The notes under the pieces are model-generated. The model made no database searches, was not told the origin of the DNA, and was given only the letters and a program-made list of their open reading frames with translations. Below are positions 27,973 through 37,771 of a DNA stretch of 64,000 nucleotides, piece after piece. This stretch comes from Longimicrobiales bacterium (GTDB lineage: Bacteria; Gemmatimonadota; Gemmatimonadetes; Longimicrobiales; Gaopeijiaceae), in contig JBJKRT010000009.1 of NCBI GenBank assembly GCA_046704545.1, positions 42,456 to 106,455 of the forward strand, written 5' to 3'. The position numbers and the translations under genes were made by a program. Each line of letters starts with the position of its first letter. Positions within the stretch are counted from its first letter, which is position 1.

Positions 27973-29766
27973 TCAGAAGGTCCCGGGCCCGCGCTGGAAG
28001 CGGCGGCTTTGGTTCCAGCGCGGTGTTCGGATGCCGAAACGAAGCTGGTTCATCTCGAACGTGATCCGGAAGATCGGCCGACCGCCTCGTCCGAGCGGGA
28101 AGGAGATCTCGGGAATCCAGACGTTACGGGAGTTCGCCGGCTCGGCGATGCGGAGCCCGAACCCGGCACTCCCCAACCATCCGGAATTGACACCGAAAGG
28201 GACGTCTCCCGCCCACGTCCGTCCCGCGTCGATGAAGACCGTCGCACCCAACCCCAGGCCGCTCCAATCGGGCCACGGAAAGACGAAGCGATCCTCGGCG
28301 ATCAGGAGGAGGCGTTGTCCGCCGGGCACCGCGTCGTCGGGAAGTGAGCGTACCCCGTCGCGCCCCCCGAGGGTGAGCTGGAACGGAATGTTGGTCTTCC
28401 ATCCACCGCCCGCGGTCGCGGAAAAGAAGAACGTCTGCCACGGAAGCCACCCTCTTCCCCACCCGTACAGCGCCGTCTGCGCCAGGAGATCGTGCCAGCC
28501 TCCGTTGGCCCGACCACCCTCGGCGGACAGCATGAGTCCGGCGAGCGAGCGCCCGACCGGCGCCAGGAGCGTCGTGTAGAGGCGTCCGTACGTGTCATGG
28601 ACGTCGGGCACGTCGCTGGGCACGCCGATGCCCAGCGAGCGTCCGATGCTGACGCCCCCGAAGAAGCCGAGCTTGACGATGTCTCGTTCTTTCAGCGCGT
28701 CGATACCGGTGTAGTCGCGGTAACGGATGCGGCGCGCGCCGACGTGCAGGGCCAATCGGGTCGCGCCACGCGCTCCGGTCTGTGCGGCGAACGAAGGCGG
28801 CAGCGCGGCCTGCCCCGGCTGCGCCCCCCCGAAGTCGTTGTTCTGCACCAGCTCGGGCGAGCCATGGGGCTGCACGATATTGCGCTCCAGGCTCATCCCG
28901 AGGATCCAGGAGCGGGTGGGCTCGCCCAGGCGGATGGCTGCGGCGAGCTCCTCACGGTCGTGGAACATGGGCATGAGGACCTGCGTGAGCGATCCATTCC
29001 CCCCGGTCCCGTAGGAGTAGAACCCGGCGCCGCGGTCGACCAGCTCGGAGGCGGCGAAGCGACTCACGTCACCGACGAACCCGTGGTTGAATTGCTGGAA
29101 GAAGTAGGAGCCCGCCTTGGCCTTGCCCGCGCGGAGCTCCGCGTCGGTCGTACCGAAGAAACGGGGGGTGAAGATCCGGAAGCCGTTGTCCTGCCGCTCC
29201 CGCCAGGCATGATGGTCGACCTGCGCGGTGATGCCGTTCCCCAGGAAGTTTCCCTCCAGCAACTGGACGTGCTCCAGGTTCACGTGTCCCGCATCGTACG
29301 TGGCGTTCACGTCCACGACCGTCGACCAGCTGTCGCGAGTCTGGACGCGGATCGTCTTGACGCCCGGAGCCGTCTCGAACGTATCGATCCGGACCTGGTC
29401 GATGAAGTTGTACCGGTTCAGGATCCGCTGAGACTCCGCCACGAGAAAGGGATTGAAGCAATCGCCCTTGTGAATCAGCAACTCGCGGCGGATGAAGGAG
29501 CGGGTCGTCGTGACGTGAACGAAGTCGGCCGCAGCGAACGCCCACCGGAGGAAGAAGGGGTTGTGGCCGGACCTGGGAAAGACGTTGTGGTTCTCGATCT
29601 CGACATGGCCGACGACGCCGTTCGGGCAGCGCCTGCCTGCATCCGCCTGGGCCGCCAGACCGCGTGCACCCAGAAGCTGAACGACGGCCAGAACGATCCA
29701 TGTGGTCCGAGCCGCCGTGCGACGGCCACCGTGGAGGGCGAGCGGCGGGGATCCCCTCACGAGCAC
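27973..29766 (-). CDS. Omp85/BamA/TamA-family outer-membrane protein (POTRA plus surface-antigen barrel)
   Basis: GTG start and signal peptide (LLGARGLAAQA). POTRA-like segment (VVGHVEIENHNVF...RRELLIHKGDCFNPFLVAESQRILNRYNFIDQVRI). C-terminal barrel ending in Phe. Confidence 0.75.
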   Translation of the reverse strand: MLVRGSPPLALHGGRRTAARTTWIVLAVVQLLGARGLAAQADAGRRCPNGVVGHVEIENHNVFPRSGHNPFFLRWAFAAADFVHVTTTRSFIRRELLIHKGDCFNPFLVAESQRILNRYNFIDQVRIDTFETAPGVKTIRVQTRDSWSTVVDVNATYDAGHVNLEHVQLLEGNFLGNGITAQVDHHAWRERQDNGFRIFTPRFFGTTDAELRAGKAKAGSYFFQQFNHGFVGDVSRFAASELVDRGAGFYSYGTGGNGSLTQVLMPMFHDREELAAAIRLGEPTRSWILGMSLERNIVQPHGSPELVQNNDFGGAQPGQAALPPSFAAQTGARGATRLALHVGARRIRYRDYTGIDALKERDIVKLGFFGGVSIGRSLGIGVPSDVPDVHDTYGRLYTTLLAPVGRSLAGLMLSAEGGRANGGWHDLLAQTALYGWGRGWLPWQTFFFSATAGGGWKTNIPFQLTLGGRDGVRSLPDDAVPGGQRLLLIAEDRFVFPWPDWSGLGLGATVFIDAGRTWAGDVPFGVNSGWLGSAGFGLRIAEPANSRNVWIPEISFPLGRGGRPIFRITFEMNQLRFGIRTPRWNQSRRFQRGPGTF

Positions 29767-29817
29767 ATCTGGCGCGAGACGGCGAGGAGGCTGCTCTCGT
29801 TCCGGGCGCTGCAGAGA

Positions 29818-29834
29818 CCGATCATCATGATCGG
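29818..29834. promoter_or_regulatory. Perfect 17-bp palindrome CCGATCAT-C-ATGATCGG in a divergent promoter region
   Basis: Read directly. It lies between the Omp85 operon (minus) and the glycosyltransferase/ABC/Spt operon (plus). Confidence 0.4.
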
Positions 29835-30018
29835 CGTAGCAAAGCTGAGAAGTGGGCGTGCGGCTGCGTTCATCGAAGACTCTGGCGCGGTCGCGCCGGG
29901 CGGACCAACGGTGCTCTGCGGGGGTCGTCGCCTTATACTAGTCGGACCGCCTCGGAACGTCACGCCTGACCCGACCCGCCGTGCATGCGCTCTCTCCGCC
30001 ACCGTTGAAGATCCGTTC

Positions 30019-30885
30019 GTGAGCGATCTCGATCGAGGCTACCTGACCCTGGCCACGGGACCCCGCCAGTACCTGGAGCTGGCAGTGGACATGGCGCTGT
30101 CGCTCAAGGAGCACACCGAGCTTCCCGTGGCGCTCGTCGCGGACGAGGAAGCGGCTCGTGTGGCTCGGCAGGTGTACGGCGGCGTCTTCGACCGCGTCGT
30201 TCTTCTGCCGGAGCGATTCCGCCTGGGTCGCGCACGGAAATACGGTACGGCGGAGGCGAGTCCTTTCCGGGAAACGATCTTCCTGGATGCCGATGCGTTC
30301 GTGCTGGCGCCCCCCGACGGGCTCTTTCGCGTCCTCCGTGAGGCAACCGTGGTGATGGTGGGAGGGCGACTCGGTCCGGAGGAGGACCGGGATCACCACG
30401 GATTCTCCACTCGCGCACTCATGAAGACCTTCGAGCTCGACGCGTACCTGAAGACGAACTCGGGGCTCTTCGCCTTCCGGAACCCCGAAGCTCGCGCGTT
30501 CATGGAGGAGTGTCTCGAGACGTTCCGCGACGAGATCCGTCCGCGCGTCCGCTGGCACCGCTTTCGTGGAGCGTGGCTGGGCGACGAGATCGCCTTCGGC
30601 GTCGTGGGCGGCCGCCGGAACGTAGCGACCTTCCCTGAGCCGGGGCCGATGTTCTGGCCGAACGAGTTCGCCGACCTCGATCTCGAGCATCCGGATCGGC
30701 CCTTCCTCCACCTTCTGGGCCCCCTCCCGGATCCGATCTTTCAGTCACTGCTCGAGGCGGCCCGGGTCCGGCGAGCCCGAGCGGGACTCCCGAAGTCCAC
30801 CCTCGCCCACCTGCACCAGGAGATGGAGCGCTTCACGAGCGAAGGGACACTCATGCGCGCGGCCCGAACCCTCCGGCTCCGCTGA
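30019..30885 (+). CDS. Glycosyltransferase-like protein (GT-A fold, GT8-like, DxD)
   Basis: Only the C-terminal part of track ORF 28492..30885 is plausible; the rest is antisense to Omp85. First in-frame start is GTG 30019. The IFLDADAFVL DxD motif follows a YLTLATG N-terminus typical of GT8-like proteins. Confidence 0.6.
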   Translation: MSDLDRGYLTLATGPRQYLELAVDMALSLKEHTELPVALVADEEAARVARQVYGGVFDRVVLLPERFRLGRARKYGTAEASPFRETIFLDADAFVLAPPDGLFRVLREATVVMVGGRLGPEEDRDHHGFSTRALMKTFELDAYLKTNSGLFAFRNPEARAFMEECLETFRDEIRPRVRWHRFRGAWLGDEIAFGVVGGRRNVATFPEPGPMFWPNEFADLDLEHPDRPFLHLLGPLPDPIFQSLLEAARVRRARAGLPKSTLAHLHQEMERFTSEGTLMRAARTLRLR

Positions 30886-30908
30886 AGCGGGGCGCGATCC
30901 GTAACGCG

Positions 30909-32756
30909 ATGCTGCTTCCGCGAGGATTCCTCGACGCCGACATCCGTCGCGTCATCCGCCACTACGCTCGCGTGGTGGGGGCCCGGCCGAGGCACATCTT
31001 GATTCCGGTGGCCCTGGCATTCCTGGCGGCCGGCTTCGAGGGCGCCTCGTTCTCGCTCCTCATTCCCCTGAGTCGAGCGGTCTCGGGAAACAGCTTCGAC
31101 TTCCTGCACGGATCGAAGGTGTTCGGTTGGATCGCCCGGATCCTTCCGGCGTCGCTGGCCTCGTCTCCCCGACGCGATGCCTATCTCGTGCTCGCGATCC
31201 TGGGACTGGCGCTCGTGAGCCGTGTCGGCAAGGTGCTGTCCGAGCTCGGCCGGGCGGTCTACGCGAACTCGAGGAACGAGGCGTACTTCGCCGGCGTCCA
31301 GGAGGAGACCTTCGGCCGTATCCTGGGGTTCGGGCGTCTGTATTTCGAGCGCGAGTCGCTTGGACGCCTCGACGTGGAGCTGAGCTGGTCGAAATCGGTG
31401 GTCGACCTTCTGGACAGCGTCGAGGGGTTCCTCAAGCACGCCCTCAGCATGATCGCGAAGGTCGTGGTCATGGTCGCCCTGTCCATTCCGTTGTCGATCA
31501 CGGTCGCGATCGCCTTCCCGGGCATCCTCCTGGGCACGGGTCGCATCTCCAGAGCAATCGAGCGGCGTGCTCAGGAAGGGGCCGACCTGGAGATCCGCTC
31601 GAAGCGCCAGGTGCTGGATCTCCTCGCCACCGTACCGCTGGTGAAGGCCTTCAACCAGGAGCGGGAGGCGAGGGCCTCCTACCGAGCGATCCTCGGTGAC
31701 CTGAGAGGCGTGGGCGCCCGTCGGCGCAACCTGATGGCGCTCCGATGGCCCGTGGAAGAGATCTCCGTCCTGCTCACGATCATCCTGGCCCAGGCGGTCG
31801 TGATCCTCACCAGCGCGAGCTACCTTCCCGGAGACCTGGTCAAGCTCGCGGTCTTCCTCGTCCTGGTCCAGCAGACCATGCCGAACATGAAGTCGTTCGG
31901 GGCCCTCGCCAGCGCGCTGGCCGACCAGCGACCCAAGCTCAGGGCGCTCGCCCGCCTGCTCAGCGACACGGACAAATACAGGGTCGAGTCGGGCACACGC
32001 GTCTTCACGGGCCTGCGGCACGGCATCGAGGTCCGGAGCCTCTCCTTCGCCTATGCCGACGGTACAGCCGTCTTGAAGAACGTCACGGCGAAGATCCCTG
32101 CGGACTCGTTCACCGGGGTGGTAGGAGAGAGCGGATCGGGCAAAAGCACCCTCACGGACCTCATCGCCCGCTTCTACGACTGTCCTCCGGGAACGGTGCT
32201 GCTGGACGGCATCGACATCCGCGAGTTCTCGCTCTCCTCGCTCTATCGCCGCATGACCATCGTGAGCCAGGACGTCTGGCTCCTGAACCGTACGCTCCGA
32301 GGGAATCTCCTGTACGGTCTCCACGACCCACCGGACGACGACGCGCTCCTCGAGCTCCTCTCCGATCTGCAGCTCGGCCCGTTCCTGCGAGAGCATCCGA
32401 GCCCGCTCGACGTGGTCATCGGGGATCACGGCGTCCAGCTCTCCGGAGGACAACGCCAGCGCATCGCCATAGCGCGAGCCCTGCTCCGAAAGCCGGAGAT
32501 CCTGATCCTGGACGAGGCCACATCCGCGCTGGACAGCGTCGTCGAGAGGCGGGTTGCCGAGGAGATCGATCGCAGATTCCGGGGCAGAACGATGCTCGTG
32601 GTCGCCCATCGCCTTTCGACGCTGCGCGACGCCGACCAGATTCTCGTCCTCAAGCACGGGCGCATCGTCGAGGCCGGCGGCTGGGACGAGCTCTTGAGCG
32701 CCGGCGGAGAGTTCGCGGCGCTGCACGAGGCGCAGTTCGCGACCGAGACGGTCTGA
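30909..32756 (+). CDS. ABC exporter, fused permease/ATPase (MsbA-like)
   Basis: Six-TM N-terminal half. Walker A GESGSGKST, signature LSGGQRQR, Walker B ILILDEATSALD. Confidence 0.9.
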   Translation: MLLPRGFLDADIRRVIRHYARVVGARPRHILIPVALAFLAAGFEGASFSLLIPLSRAVSGNSFDFLHGSKVFGWIARILPASLASSPRRDAYLVLAILGLALVSRVGKVLSELGRAVYANSRNEAYFAGVQEETFGRILGFGRLYFERESLGRLDVELSWSKSVVDLLDSVEGFLKHALSMIAKVVVMVALSIPLSITVAIAFPGILLGTGRISRAIERRAQEGADLEIRSKRQVLDLLATVPLVKAFNQEREARASYRAILGDLRGVGARRRNLMALRWPVEEISVLLTIILAQAVVILTSASYLPGDLVKLAVFLVLVQQTMPNMKSFGALASALADQRPKLRALARLLSDTDKYRVESGTRVFTGLRHGIEVRSLSFAYADGTAVLKNVTAKIPADSFTGVVGESGSGKSTLTDLIARFYDCPPGTVLLDGIDIREFSLSSLYRRMTIVSQDVWLLNRTLRGNLLYGLHDPPDDDALLELLSDLQLGPFLREHPSPLDVVIGDHGVQLSGGQRQRIAIARALLRKPEILILDEATSALDSVVERRVAEEIDRRFRGRTMLVVAHRLSTLRDADQILVLKHGRIVEAGGWDELLSAGGEFAALHEAQFATETV

Positions 32757-32782
32757 GAGATGCGACGGAGCGGGAGGCGAGC

Positions 32783-33982
32783 GTGAGCGGGGACGTATGG
32801 AGCAAGGTCCGCGAATACCGCGTAGCAGAAGAAGCCCGCGAGCGCGGTCTGTATCCCTACTTCCGCACCTTCGAGAAGAACGACGGCCCCGAAGCCGTCG
32901 TCGATGGGCGCCGCGTGGTCATGTTCGGGTCCAACAACTACCTGGGCCTGACGACGCATCCGAAGGTCCGCGAGGCCGCCCGAGACGCCGTCCGCGATCT
33001 CGGGACGAGCATGACGGGCTCTCGCCTCGTGAACGGGACCATGCGACTCCACTACGACCTGGAGGAGAGGCTGGCCGATTTCTACGGGCGCGAATCGGCC
33101 CTGGTCTTCACGACCGGCTACCAGGTCAATCTGGCCGTTTGCTCCGCCCTGCTCGGCCCGGGTGACGTCGCACTGATCGACCGGGGCGTACACGCCTCGA
33201 TCTACGACGGCGTACGGCTCGCGATGGCCAACGGCGCGCGAATGGAGCGCTTCGGCCACAACTCCGCCGAATCCCTGGAGCGCCACCTGTCCAGGCTGCA
33301 AGACGCCGAGAGCGCGCTCGTCCTCGTCGATGGGGTGTTCAGCGCCGACGGTGAGGTCGCCAGGCTGGATGAGCTCGTGCCGGCAGCGCGCGCGCACGGA
33401 GCCCGCACGATGATCGACGACGCCCACGGCCTCGGCGTGATCGGCCCGGAAGGCCGGGGCACGGCCCACCACTTCGGGCTCGAGTCGGATGTGGACCTGA
33501 TCGGCGGGACGTTCAGCAAGGCGCTCGCGAGCGTGGGCGGCTTCGTCGTGGGGGATTCGGCGGTGCTCGACTTCGTCCGACACCACGCGCCGTCGTTCCT
33601 GTTCGCTGCGAGCGGGGCTCCGTCCTCCGTGGCCGCGGCGATGGCCGCCCTGGAGGTCATGCGGGAGGAGCGCTGGCGCATCGACCGGCTCCGGGAGAAC
33701 TACGAGTACATGATCCGGGAGCTGAAGGGACTGGGCTTCGAGATCGGCCCGACGAGCACCGCGGTCGTGCCCATCCACGTCGGCGACGACAATCGCACCC
33801 TCGCCGTCTGGCAGGACCTCTTCGAGGAGCACGCGATCTACACGAACCCGTTCGTCTCCCATAGCGTCGCTCCCGGAAGCGCCCTGATCCGGACGAGTTA
33901 CATGGCGACGCACGAGCGTACACACCTCGACCGCGGCCTCGCGGCCTTCGAGGCCGTGGGCAGGAAGCATGGCTTGATCTGA
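32783..33982 (+). CDS. Alpha-oxoamine synthase, serine-palmitoyltransferase-like
   Basis: Real part of track ORF 31745..33982. GTG 32783 follows the RBS GGGAGG. Motifs FGSNNYLGL and DDAHG. The PLP-lysine motif GGTFSKALASVGGFVVG resembles bacterial Spt (GTFSKS.G..GGFV) more than BioF or Kbl. Confidence 0.75.
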   Translation: MSGDVWSKVREYRVAEEARERGLYPYFRTFEKNDGPEAVVDGRRVVMFGSNNYLGLTTHPKVREAARDAVRDLGTSMTGSRLVNGTMRLHYDLEERLADFYGRESALVFTTGYQVNLAVCSALLGPGDVALIDRGVHASIYDGVRLAMANGARMERFGHNSAESLERHLSRLQDAESALVLVDGVFSADGEVARLDELVPAARAHGARTMIDDAHGLGVIGPEGRGTAHHFGLESDVDLIGGTFSKALASVGGFVVGDSAVLDFVRHHAPSFLFAASGAPSSVAAAMAALEVMREERWRIDRLRENYEYMIRELKGLGFEIGPTSTAVVPIHVGDDNRTLAVWQDLFEEHAIYTNPFVSHSVAPGSALIRTSYMATHERTHLDRGLAAFEAVGRKHGLI

Positions 33983-34974
33983 TGAACGGCCCCGTGCTGC
34001 TGACCGGAGGCTCCGGCTTCCTCGGGTCCCACATCGCCGACCTCCTGTCCTCTGGCGGTGTGGAGGTGCGCGCGCTCGTGCGGACCACCAGCGACGTGCG
34101 GCACCTCTCGTCGCTCGCCGGCGTGGATCTCGTACACGGAAGCCTCGGAGACCCGGCCTCGCTCGTGGAGGCGGCCCGCGGTGTGCGCGGGATCATTCAC
34201 GCGGCGGGCCTCGTCAAGGCGAGGCGCCCGGACGACTTCGAGCGCGTGAACACCGAGGGGACCCAGCGTCTCCTGGACGCCGCCCGGACTGCGGCTCCGG
34301 ACCTGGAGCGGTTCGTGCACGTGTCGTCGCTCGCGGCCCTCGGACCGAGCGCCGACGGACGGCCTCGGCCTCAGGATGCGCCCCCCGCACCGCTCACGGC
34401 CTACGGACGCAGCAAGCTCGCAGCCGAGCGGCTGGTGCGGGATGCCTCGGCACGGATCCGGACGGTCGTGGTCCGCCCGCCTGTGATCCACGGACCGCGC
34501 GATCGAGAGACGCTCGCGTTCTACCGGGCCGTCAAGCTGGGTGTCCTTCCCCTCACCGGATCGCCCGATTCGGTGCTGAGCATGGTGTACGCGACCGACT
34601 GCGCGAACGCGTGTGTACGGGCGCTCGACGCCGACGTCGCGAGCGGGTCGGCGTTCGACGTGGAGGACGGAGTCCCGGAGACGCTGGCGACGCTCATCGG
34701 ACACATCGAAGCCGCGCTGGGCACCCGGGCGCGCGTCCGCATCCCGATCCCGGGCGTCGTGCTGTACGCCGCCGCTTTGGCTACGGAAGCGTTCGGGCGT
34801 ATCTCCGGACGCACCGTGATGCTCACGAGGGACAAGGCGCGTGAGCTGCGTGCCCCGCATTGGGTCTGCGACGGTGCGGATGCTCGCCGGACGCTCCGGT
34901 GGACGCCCGAGGTAACGTTCGCCGAAGGAGCACATCGAGCGGCCGAGTGGTACCGCGAGGCCGGCTGGCTGTGA
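33982..34974 (+). CDS. NAD(P)-dependent epimerase/dehydratase-family SDR (candidate ketosphingoid/ceramide reductase)
   Basis: Rossmann motif LLTGGSGFLGSH and catalytic YGRSK (YxxxK). The ATG overlaps the upstream TGA by 1 nt. Confidence 0.8.
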   Translation: MNGPVLLTGGSGFLGSHIADLLSSGGVEVRALVRTTSDVRHLSSLAGVDLVHGSLGDPASLVEAARGVRGIIHAAGLVKARRPDDFERVNTEGTQRLLDAARTAAPDLERFVHVSSLAALGPSADGRPRPQDAPPAPLTAYGRSKLAAERLVRDASARIRTVVVRPPVIHGPRDRETLAFYRAVKLGVLPLTGSPDSVLSMVYATDCANACVRALDADVASGSAFDVEDGVPETLATLIGHIEAALGTRARVRIPIPGVVLYAAALATEAFGRISGRTVMLTRDKARELRAPHWVCDGADARRTLRWTPEVTFAEGAHRAAEWYREAGWL

Positions 34975-35081
34975 GCGCCGATGGGCCGCCTTTCCCGGAC
35001 CGAGGGGATGACGCGACGTTTCGACGGGCCCACATTACACCGGGTTATCGACGTCCACGCCACTGCGCTCCGAGGTTGGCT

Positions 35082-35321
35082 TTGACCCCCTACGAGTTTC
35101 TATCTCACCTCCTCGTCACCGAGTTCGGCGTGCAGGAAGACAGGATCGTCCCCGGGTCCACCCTCACCTCCCTCGGTCTCGACTCGCTGTCGGCGGCGGA
35201 GCTCGTCCGGGAGATCGAGAGGGAGTTCGGAATCGTCCTCTCCGACGAGCAAGCGAGCTTCGAAACGCTCGGCGATGCGGCGGCCATCATCGACGATCTC
35301 GTCCGAGCCGACCAGGCCTGA
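35082..35321 (+). CDS. Acyl carrier protein
   Basis: C-terminal 79 codons of track ORF 34860..35321. TTG 35082 (or 35076) follows GAGG. Phosphopantetheine site LGLDSLSAAELV, with Ser at about residue 35 as in ACPs. Confidence 0.7.
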   Translation: MTPYEFLSHLLVTEFGVQEDRIVPGSTLTSLGLDSLSAAELVREIEREFGIVLSDEQASFETLGDAAAIIDDLVRADQA

Positions 35322-35329
35322 GACGCGAG

Positions 35330-36562
35330 ATGCCGCGAAGGGTTTTCATCAGCGGGATGGGGCTCGTCTCCCCTCTCGGCAACGAGGTCGAGACGGCGTT
35401 CGAGAAGCTCTACTCGGGCGCGTCGGCGGTCCGCCGGGTCGATTCGGGATCGGGCATGGCCGGAGGCGACGCCATCGTCGCCCCGGCGGAGTTCGAGACC
35501 GACCCCACCATCCCTCGCGTCAAGTCCCGGCTGATGGCGCGTGCCGCGAAGATGGCGGTGCTCGCGACCGGCTCCGCCCTGTCGTCGTCGGGTCTCGAGC
35601 CGGGTGGGCCCTGGGGAAGCGCGGCCGGCATCTACGTGGGCTCGGGCCTGGGCGGATCGGAGGCCCTCGAGGACCACTATCGGGCGTACTTCGCCACGCC
35701 GCCACGCCGTTCGAGGCCCGCGACCACCCCCATGATCATGGCCAGCGGGCCGGCATCCCACATGAGCATGCACTTCGGCCTGACGGGACCGTCGCTCACG
35801 TACTCCGTGGCGTGCGTGTCCTCGGCCGTCGCCATCGGGGAGGCGTTCCGCGCGATCCGCGACGGGTATCTGGAAACCGCGATCGCGGGCGGTGCCGAGG
35901 CCCAGCTGAACGAAGGCACTGTCGCGGCATGGATGGCATTGGGCGCGCTGGCGAAGGAGCATGCCGAAGGCCCTGCCGCATCCAGCAGACCGTTCGACGC
36001 GGAGCGGACCGGTCTCGTGCTCGGGGAGGGCGCCGCGATCCTGGTACTCGAAAGCGAAGAAGCGTTGGCCGCCCGCGGCGGCGAGGCCCTCGCCGAAGTG
36101 GTCGGCTACGGGATGTCGTGCGACGCCCAGAGCCTCACCGAGCCCGACGAGCGCGGACAGGTCCTGGCCATGCGACGGGCCCTGGCCGACGCGAGGGTCG
36201 CACCCGGTGAGATCGGGTACGTGAATGCGCATGCCACGGGCACACCGACCGGGGACAGGGTGGAGTGGACGGCGATCTCGACGGTATTCGGCGAGCGTGC
36301 CGGCCGGGTCCCCGTCAGCTCGTCCAAGGGTGCCCACGGACACCTCGTCGGAGCGACGAGCGCGCTGGAGACGATCTGGACCGTCCTGGCCCTGAGAACG
36401 GGACGTATTCCGCCCACCGCCAACCTCACCCACCCCGATCCCGACTGTCCCCTCGACTGTGTTCCGCAGGTGGGACGAGAGGTCGAAGGGCTCCGGTATG
36501 CGCTGTCGAACTCGTTCGCCTTCGGAGGGACGAACGGAGCGCTGGTCGTGGCGAAGACCTGA
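35330..36562 (+). CDS. Beta-ketoacyl-ACP synthase (KAS I/II type)
   Basis: VFISGMGLVSPLG. Active-site Cys in SVACVSSAVAIG, and His residues in NAHATGTP and GAHGHLVGA. Confidence 0.85.
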   Translation: MPRRVFISGMGLVSPLGNEVETAFEKLYSGASAVRRVDSGSGMAGGDAIVAPAEFETDPTIPRVKSRLMARAAKMAVLATGSALSSSGLEPGGPWGSAAGIYVGSGLGGSEALEDHYRAYFATPPRRSRPATTPMIMASGPASHMSMHFGLTGPSLTYSVACVSSAVAIGEAFRAIRDGYLETAIAGGAEAQLNEGTVAAWMALGALAKEHAEGPAASSRPFDAERTGLVLGEGAAILVLESEEALAARGGEALAEVVGYGMSCDAQSLTEPDERGQVLAMRRALADARVAPGEIGYVNAHATGTPTGDRVEWTAISTVFGERAGRVPVSSSKGAHGHLVGATSALETIWTVLALRTGRIPPTANLTHPDPDCPLDCVPQVGREVEGLRYALSNSFAFGGTNGALVVAKT

Positions 36563-36607
36563 CGACCCGAAGGTCCGGAGCACCTCGGAGCGAAGGCGCC
36601 GTGAACT

Positions 36608-37732
36608 TCAGATCCGCTTCTGGAAGACACGCCAGACCCGGTAGGCTTCTCCGCCCAGGCTCTCCAGGGTAGCGTTGAGGTCGTGGTTGTCCTCCAGGAC
36701 CCACGAGGCCTCGACGTCGCGCACGCCGAAATCGGCGGCCTGGCGGAAGGCCTCCTCGAGAAGCAGGGACAGCCCCCCCATCCTCCGGAACCGCGGCAGC
36801 ACACCCGCCAGCATGATCCGAAACCACGGCGCACGTCGCCGCGCCCGCAACAGCCGGAGCCAGTTGAACGGAAGGAGCCGGCCGCTCCGGTCGGCGGCCA
36901 TCGCCCTTCCGTACTCGGGCAGGAAGAGGCCGAAAGCGACCATCTCGCCCTCGGAGTACACGGCCAACGACCCTTCGGGGACCATGAGCGGCTTGAGCTC
37001 GTGGGCAATGAAGAGCCACTCCTCGAACGAGAGCGGCACGAAGCCCCACTGCTCCCTCCAGCATTCGCCGTAGACCTGCCAGCATCCGTGCATGACGCTG
37101 TCGAAGTCCCGGAAGTCGATCGGACCGACGGTGAGGTCGAGCTTGCCGCGGATCCGCTCTCCCAATCGGCTCAGACGCGGCACCAGACGGGTCTCCAGGC
37201 TGTCGAGGGCTACGTGCCAGGCCAGAAGATCGGCGCCCTTTTCGTATCCGGCACCGGTGAACAGATCCGCGTAGTACGGAGGATTCCACGGAGTCATGAA
37301 CGTCTGAGGATGCTCGAATCCCTCGACGAGAATGCCTCCCTCGTAGTTCGTGGACGGACTCACGGGTCCCGTGACGAGCGCGCTTCCGCGCTCCTCGAGC
37401 CATGCCTCGGCGGCCGCGAGCAGGGCCGTCGCCACATTCTGGTCATCTACCGACTCGAAGAAGCCGACGAAACCCGGGTCGTTTCCCTCGTCCGCGGCCC
37501 GACGATTCAGGATGGCGGCCACGCGGCCGACCGGGCGACCCGCCTCCTCCGCCAGGAACAGGCCCCGTTCCGCGTCGCGGAAGAGCGGGTTCGCCTTCGG
37601 ATCCAGGATCGACCGGACGCTCATGCGAAGCGGCGGAATCCAGGCGGGGTAGGCACTCTTGTCCAGGATGGCCCACGGTGCGGCGACGAATCGCCGCAGG
37701 CCGGACCTTCCGGAAAGCTCCTGGATCTTCAC
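36608..37732 (-). CDS. Two-lobed GNAT-superfamily N-acyltransferase (candidate bacterial ceramide synthase)
   Basis: 374-aa ORF convergent with the KAS gene. N-terminus (FVAAPWAILDKSAYPAWIPPL...GRPVGRVAAI) and C-terminus (RFRRMGGLSLLL...ASWVLEDN) match the GNAT-like family as I recall it. The functional call is inference from context. Confidence 0.6.
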   Translation of the reverse strand: MKIQELSGRSGLRRFVAAPWAILDKSAYPAWIPPLRMSVRSILDPKANPLFRDAERGLFLAEEAGRPVGRVAAILNRRAADEGNDPGFVGFFESVDDQNVATALLAAAEAWLEERGSALVTGPVSPSTNYEGGILVEGFEHPQTFMTPWNPPYYADLFTGAGYEKGADLLAWHVALDSLETRLVPRLSRLGERIRGKLDLTVGPIDFRDFDSVMHGCWQVYGECWREQWGFVPLSFEEWLFIAHELKPLMVPEGSLAVYSEGEMVAFGLFLPEYGRAMAADRSGRLLPFNWLRLLRARRRAPWFRIMLAGVLPRFRRMGGLSLLLEEAFRQAADFGVRDVEASWVLEDNHDLNATLESLGGEAYRVWRVFQKRI

Positions 37733-37771
37733 TGGGCAGGATGGGGCAAGAATCGTCCTCCGTGTTCCGCG

